From contig NC_042997.1 of the NCBI RefSeq assembly GCF_006345805.1, forward strand, positions 64,790,001 to 64,854,000: a stretch of 64,000 nt of DNA. The letters are read 5' to 3'. Positions 57,260 to 64,000 of this stretch are shown here, in pieces (the stretch's first letter is position 1; every line of letters begins with the position of its first letter). This DNA is from Octopus sinensis (lineage: Eukaryota). A model generated the notes under the pieces. It saw only the letters and a program-made list of their open reading frames with translations. It had not been told where the DNA came from and ran no database searches. The translations under genes were made by a program, and so were the position numbers.

Positions 57260-58860
57260 ATGGCTAGGAAATCGCTAATTAAATATAAAAATAAATTATG
57301 GGCTAGGAATGATACTAGAGATTGTTTTGATATACCTATGGGAGCACCAGATTCTGCACAGGCTACTGATTTAGTAGGTATTTTTCTTTTATCTGAACTC
57401 CAATTAGAAAATCTTAAGATAGAGGGTGGTTTATATAGAGACGATCTTCTACTAGTTACAAAGAATTGTACTAATAGGAATCTAGAAGTATATAAGAAAA
57501 AACTATATAGTTTCTTTAAAAGATATGGTTTAAGTATTACTATATATAAGGAGAATTATAATGTTAATTATTTAGATGTTAATTTTAATCTTATTACAGG
57601 TAAAACACAACCATATCATAAACTTAATGAAAACCTTAGATATATAAATGTTAATAGTAATCACCCATTTTCTATTAAAAAATCGTTGATTAATAATATA
57701 AGTAAACGTATTTCATTACTCTCTTATGATATAGAGATTTTTAAAAACATGCTAATTATTATAATGAGGCCCTTAGAGGGGCAGGTTATAATAGGAATAT
57801 TAAATTTTATATTAGTGATAAAGATTTAATTGTTAATTTTCGAGATATCTAATAATAATTATAATTTTGTTAGGTTAGTGGTAAAAATAATAGATATTTT
57901 TAAAAAATAATAAAAATGATAAAAATAAATAAGAATATAATAATAATAATAAATATAATAATAATAATATAAATAAGAATAATATAAATAAAAATAAATT
58001 TAATAATTATTATAATAATTATATTGATAAATTTAATAATATTAATAATTCCTTAAATGCTGTACATAGATATAATTCTGATAATAATTTTAATAAAATA
58101 AAGAATTATAAATATATTTATAATAATGATAATAATAATAAGGTTAATAAGAATAAATTTGGCTAATAGTTCCTTATGGAGATCAAGTAAAAACGAATAT
58201 TATTAAAGAGATTTTAGATGTTATAGAACTATTTATTAGAGATAATCGTAAATATAGAAACATTTTCTCTTTTAATAATTTTGGAGTTGGTACTCTACCA
58301 CTAATAATGTTGGTAACATTATTTCTTCATTTAATAAATATAAACTGAATAATTTTTATAAAAAGAAATTATTTGATATAAATTAATAATGATAAGACTT
58401 ATATTAATTGTACATGTAGAGATAAATCTAATTGTATATTAAATAATAATTGTGATATTAACGATTGTAGTGTATAAATGTATAGTTACATTACATGATA
58501 ATAAACTTAAGAATAATAATTACACAAAAGCGGTTTATATAGGTTCTACTTCCTCAAAAATAAAACTAAGAATCGCACAAATATGAATTCTTTTAAAAAT
58601 AAAAACTTAATCAACTCAACGGACTTAGTAAGTACATTTGGAGTCTTAAATCACTAAATATTAATTATAGTTTACTTTGGGAAATAATTTGTAAAACTAA
58701 ATCATATACTATAGGAGCTAATTGTTGTTATTTATGCTCTAATGAGTTTAAAGAAATTTTATTTTATAAGTATGATAATTTACTTAATACTGGTGAAGAG
58801 CGCAAAATAAAATGCAGACATAAGTTACTTTACCTATATAATAAGTTTCATGATAAATAG
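57260..58860 (+). pseudogene. 5'-truncated, frameshifted PLE RT + C-terminal GIY-YIG (Naiad-like)
   Basis: FDIPMGAPDSAQATDLVG, GLYRDDLL, VNYLDVNFNL, YINVNSNHP; downstream by manual translation NCTCRDKSNC, VVYKC, VYIGST, LSKYIWSLK, CYLCSNE, LLN...KCRHK, stop at 58858-58860. Confidence 0.85.
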
Positions 58861-59317
58861 CAATAATAGTTCCCTTTTAGGTTACTTTAGTTTAGTTTAA
58901 ATTAGTTTAGATAATATATTTTTGGTTATGTTGTCTAGGCTTTAATTATAGTTAGTCTTTATTGATATTTCTTTGTTTTAATTAGTTCATTTTTAATGTA
59001 TATTAATTTAACAGTTTATGGTACGTTAAAACTTTAATAATTTATATTAGGTTTTTTTTTTTTTAAATTTTATTATGTATTTTTATTATGCATTTGTTAT
59101 ATGTATTTTGGAGGATATATTTATGTTTATGGGTGTTATTTAGTGGTGTTTTTATTGAGATTTGTATGTATGTGTGAATGTTTAAGATCCCTTTGTTTTT
59201 TGTTTTTTATTTGGTATGTTGAATTGACAGATTTTATTTGGGTATTGTCTGTTATAATAAAGTACACACACCCATAACAAATATAAGTGCCCACTTCATT
59301 CGTTGTACCTGGAATTG

Positions 59318-60050
59318 CATGTGAGCCTCAGCATATACACCTAACGGCCACTCCCGCCCCACATGGATAAATAAACACATACATCCCAAAAATGGGCTTA
59401 ATCCCATTCACACCAATTATATGTATACAATTATACACACTAGAATAATACATAACTAACCCAAATATACAGAACATGCTAAAAATCACCAACTAACCAC
59501 CATCACAAATGAAACCCACACCCATACAATGACAAAACTCCCCCCTCCATACCCAATTTACACCCACATAGTAATCCCAATATATTCATCCATACATGGA
59601 CGCAAGTGCGTGAAGCACATGCACATAATTAATACGTACAACCCCCTAATACACACTCATATACATACGTATCAAGCTCGACATCCACTGCGATACGCTT
59701 ACACCCACTCACACCCAGATGGGTGAATTGCACAACCAGGGAACGCACACACACACGTGTGCGTTTTTTGATTGTGCAATTCGCCCATATGCATGTATGC
59801 GGGCGCGATTACATTGTTGCATATATCGAGCCCAAATAGCATGCATATGTACATGTGAGGGGGTACACGCAAATGACGTGCGCGTGTACCCCCTGCATTT
59901 ATACCCATGCGTGAATATACACATGGAGACTACAACACAGGTACAAATGTGTATAGTAATGGGAGCCCCATCACTACACTCAATGTATACTCTCACCCAT
60001 CCGCACGGATGTGTAAGTGTATCTCCGGTGTATATGTTGAGGCTTATATG
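59318..60050 (+). other. Nested multi-hairpin structured domain in the PLE 3' region
   Basis: Stems 59318-59341/60027-60050 (24 bp), 59692-59704/60011-60023 (13 bp), 59719-59750/59757-59788 (32 bp), 59858-59870/59882-59894 (13 bp). Confidence 0.7.
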
Positions 60051-60099
60051 TAGCGCTGTGGAGGCGAATGTCGTTGAAATTGTGAATGAATGGGTGGAG

Positions 60100-62135
60100 T
60101 TGGGAATTGTAACGGGTGGTGGACTAGCGTTGCTTGGAATTGTGAATGGATTAGTGTGGTAGTGAGGTAGGCATCGAGATAGGTTTGGGTTACTGCAAGT
60201 TGTTTGTTAGAGCTGCTAAGGTGAGCTAAAGCTCATAAATGTATATAATGATTTTTCATGGTAGTTTTTTAAAGAATCCATTCATAATAAATTTTTTTAA
60301 GTAGTGTTGCTTTGCTACGGGGATATAGTTTTTAGTTCCATTTATTCTATTTCTCCATTCATAATTTAAATGACGTTTACTTTCTATGGCGCGTATTCTT
60401 TTTTTTTTTTTTTTTTCATAAGTTATTTCTATGGTAACGTAATTTTGGTTTGGTTTTTTTAACGGCTAAGAATTTAATTTCACTTCATAATTTGAAACTG
60501 ACTTGTAAGTATGTATTTTATTTATCCTTATATCATATTGTTATTTTTGATATTCTGGTTAATTACGATGTATTTAATGTTGTTTTCATAGGAGTGTTTA
60601 TGTATATGAGATTGTGTGTGAGTTTTTAGTTGTATAATTTATTTATCTGTATGAGTGTGGGTGTGTAAATATTGTTGTATATATCGAGTTTAGTGAGTAT
60701 GTATATGCGTATATGTGAGGGAGTATATGTATCTGTTGTGTGTGTGTGTTTGTGTGTGAATGTGTATATGGGTTTGTTATTTAGGTTTTGGGATGTATGT
60801 GTTAATTTGTCTGTGTGGGGAGTGAGTGGGTTTTGGTGTATATTGAGGTTTATAAGTTAGTATAGGTATGTGTATAAGTCGTGGGTCTGTGGTTTACGTG
60901 TGTGTATTTGTGTGTGAATGTTTAGGTTAGGGGGATTGCTATATAGGTTTGTTATAGAGTTTAGCAAAGGGAGATTTTATCGTTATATGTTTTTATGAGT
61001 TTTGGTTTATCATGGTTTTTTTAGGGAATTCGTGGTAATTTGTCTATTTTCGATGTGGTTTTTTTATTATAGTTTCATTCATAATTTTTGAGTGGTGTTC
61101 GTTTTGCCACGTGTATAACCGGGTGGTGGACTAGCGTTGCTTGGAATTGTGAATGGAATAGTGTAGTAGTGAGGTAGGTATAGAGAATGGGTTTGGGTTA
61201 CTGCAAGTTTTTTGTTAGAGCTGCTAAGGTGAGCTAAAGCTCATAAATGTATATAATGATTTTTCATGGTAGTTTTTTAAAGAATCCATTCATAATAAAT
61301 TTTTTTTTTTAAGTAGTGTTGGTTTGCCACGTGGATATAGTTTTTAGTTCCATTTATTCTTTTTCTCCATTCATAATTTAAATGACGTTTACTTTCCATG
61401 GCGCGTATTCTTTTTTTACATAAGTTATTTCTATGGTAACGTAATTTTGGTTTGATTTTTTTACGCGGCTAAGAATTTAATTTCACTTCATAATTTGAAA
61501 CTGACTTGTAAGTATGTCTTTTATTTATCCTTATGTCATATTGTTATTTTTGATATTCTGGTTAATTACGATGTATTTAATGTTGTTTTCATAGGAGTGT
61601 TTATGTATATGAGTTTGTGTGTGAGTTTTTAGTTGTATAATTTATTTATCTGTATGAGTGTGGGTGTGTAATATTGTTGTATATATCGAGTTTAGTGAGT
61701 ATGTATATGCGTATATGTGAGGGAGTATATGTATCCGTTGTGTGTGTGTGTTTTGCGTGTGTGTGTGTTTTTGTGTGTGAATGTGTATGGGTTTGTTATT
61801 TAGGTTTTGGGATGTATGTGTTAATTTGTCTGTGTGGGGAGTGAGTGGGTTTTGGTGTATATTGAGGTTTATAAGTTAGTATAGGTATGTGTATAAGTCG
61901 TGGGTCTGTGGTTTACGTGTGTGTATTTGTGTGTGAATGTTTAGGTTAGGGGGATTATTATATAGTTTGTTATAGAGTTTAGCAAAGGAGATTTTATCGT
62001 TATATGTTTTTAAGAGTTTTGGTTTATCATGGTTTTTTTAGGGAATTCGTGGTAATTTGTCTATTTTCGATGTTGGTTGTTTTATTACATTGTTTCATTC
62101 ATAATTTTTGAGTGGTGTTCGTTTTGCCACGTGAA
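60100..62135 (+). repeat. About 1-kb tandem duplication inside the PLE 3' region
   Basis: gggtggtggactagcgttgcttggaattgtgaatgga... at about 60113 and 61101; both copies run to gttcgttttgccacgtg (about 61093 and 62133). Confidence 0.85.
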
Positions 62136-63339
62136 TATTATTTTTAATTCCATTTATTCCATTTCTCCATTCATTAATTTAGAGATGTTCGTTTCCAGAG
62201 CGGTTATACTTTTTATACATATGTTAAGTTCCTTGGTAAAGTAATTTTGTTTGGTGTATATGTTGAGGCTTATATGTACTTGTGGGTGTGTGTGAGTGGG
62301 GTGGGTGTTTGTATTTGTTATGGGTGTGTGGTTTACGTGTGTGTTTTTGTGTGTGAATGTATAGGTTAAAGGGATTGCTATATAAGTATGTTATAGTGTT
62401 TAGTATTGGGAGGTTTTATCATTTCTGTTTTGTGAGTTTTAGCTTATCATGGTAGTTTTATAAAAGAATCCATTCATAATTTTTGTGTTTATTTGTCTGT
62501 GTGGGGTTGAGTGGGTTTTTAGAATATATGTTGAGGTTTATATGTATGTATTGGTATGTGTAAGTGGTGTGGGTATTTGTATATGTCGTGGGTGTGTGGT
62601 TTACGTGTGTGTATTTGTGTGTGTATGTTTAGGTTAGGGGGATTGCTATATAGGTTTGTTATAGAGTTTAGTAAAGGGAGATTTTATCATTATATGTTTT
62701 TATGAGTTTTTGGTTTATCATGATAGGTTTGTTAAGGAATTCGTAGTAATTTGTGTCTATTTGCGATGTCTGTTGTTTTATTGCATTGTTTCATTCATAA
62801 TTTTTAAGTAGTGTTCGTTTTTACCAAGTGAATATAATTTTTAATTCAATTTATTCCATTTCTCCGTTCATAGTTTTGAGTGATGTCCGTTTTCTAGAGC
62901 GTGAATGTGGGTTGTATGTGTGTGTGTGTGGGAGTATGAATAAGTATTGTGTTGAAGTATTTAGCTATTTTATTTATTTATAGTTGCCTAGACGTTTTTA
63001 TGTGCATGTATAGGGATATATATATAGGTGTGTGATTTAGTGTATGTAGTTAGATATGGTTATATATAATTAGGTATATGTGTATGGGTGTATATAAAGT
63101 TTATTATTATATTATTATTATTTTTTTGTTTTGTTTTATATTTTATATTTTATATTTTATAGTTTATATTTAATTGTTGATAGGTTTTTTTTAGTTTATA
63201 TATTGTTTATATATTGATTATATATGGATTATATATAGGCTATATATGGATTATATACTTATATTTTTTCATTCATACTTTAATTATTTTAAAATTATTA
63301 TTTTTATATTTTAAAATATTGATTTTTTAGATTGGAAGT

Positions 63340-63382
63340 CCACCTGAAGATTGTCGATCAAGACAAGAAACGATTGTAGTGG
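63340..63382 (+). ncRNA. Type I hammerhead ribozyme at the PLE 3' end
   Basis: CCAC CTGAAGA TTGTC-gatcaa-GACAA GAAA CGATTG TA^ GTGG; canonical core, GUA triplet. Confidence 0.82.
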
Positions 63383-63555
63383 CGGTTTTTTTGACTATTT
63401 ATATAAAATTTTATGTATTGATTAAGTCTTTCCTTGTTTGTTTTGCAAAATAGTGGTTTTGTCTCTAATAATATTTTATAATATTTTACTATAAAATTGG
63501 ATTTAATCCTAAATCTGATTTTTTCCCTGTAAATTTGGATTTATTCCCTAATATT

Positions 63556-63593
<38 letters not shown>

Positions 63594-63623
63594 ATATATA
63601 TATATATATATATAATATATATA

Positions 63624-63654
<31 letters not shown>

Positions 63655-64000
63655 ACGGCATAACGTATAATTTAACATATGATAATATAAGGTTGCATCA
63701 TATAACAAATTTTAAGAAAAAAAGTATAAATTACCACCAAATTTTTATGCCATAAAGCATTAAAAATATAAGGAAATAAAAAATAAGAATTATAGAAATA
63801 AAACGTAATATAAGAAAATATAAAAAATATTTAGGATATATATACAAAGATATGAAAATATAAAACATAAAATCTTCACTATATATAAAAAAAAATTACA
63901 ATGTGTAAAAAATTAAATAATTTTATAATTCTAGGTTTACAGTACACGGTGGGATATACGAAAATGATTTACAACTGTCAAAGTATTAATAAAACATACA

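Larger units (their letters stand above)
54922..63560 (+). mobile_element. Naiad-type Penelope-like element with long 3' region and 2.3-kb inverted 5' arm
   Basis: 54922-57260 is the reverse complement of 61141-63478; RT/GIY-YIG in between; HHR near each outer end; flanked by (TA)n. Confidence 0.85.

Noticed and set aside
58400-58860. Selenocysteine recoding/SECIS, as reported for some Naiad PLEs
   Set aside because: The conserved Cys positions I could read are TGT/TGC; no in-frame TGA at a Cys site was seen, and the downstream hairpins do not show a clear SECIS core.

Overview
AT-rich eukaryotic repeat-dominated DNA. The (TA)n/(CA)n/(AAT)n microsatellites and SINE types resemble octopus/cephalopod genomic DNA (inference). 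I found no supportable host protein-coding exon; most ORF-track entries are microsatellite artefacts. Recognisable content: decayed R4/Dong-type RLE LINE pieces, three mariner relics and one maT/DD37D-like relic, tRNA-derived SINEs, and Penelope-like elements (PLEs): two Neptune-type copies, one GIY-YIG fragment, and a Naiad-type copy with a 2.3-kb inverted arm. The most striking signal is at RNA level. By eye, 11 complete type I hammerhead ribozyme (HHR) motifs and 2 half motifs can be folded, from about 8 different short non-coding repeat families or PLE ends. They include a 3 x 476-477 bp head-to-tail array with one HHR per monomer (retrozyme/circRNA-like), a 364-bp HHR monomer with an inverted arm, and HHRs with a compensatory U3-A8 core. 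A nested foldback at 59.3-60.05 kb has almost only G-U deviations on the + strand, suggesting RNA-level selection or fossilised A-to-I editing.
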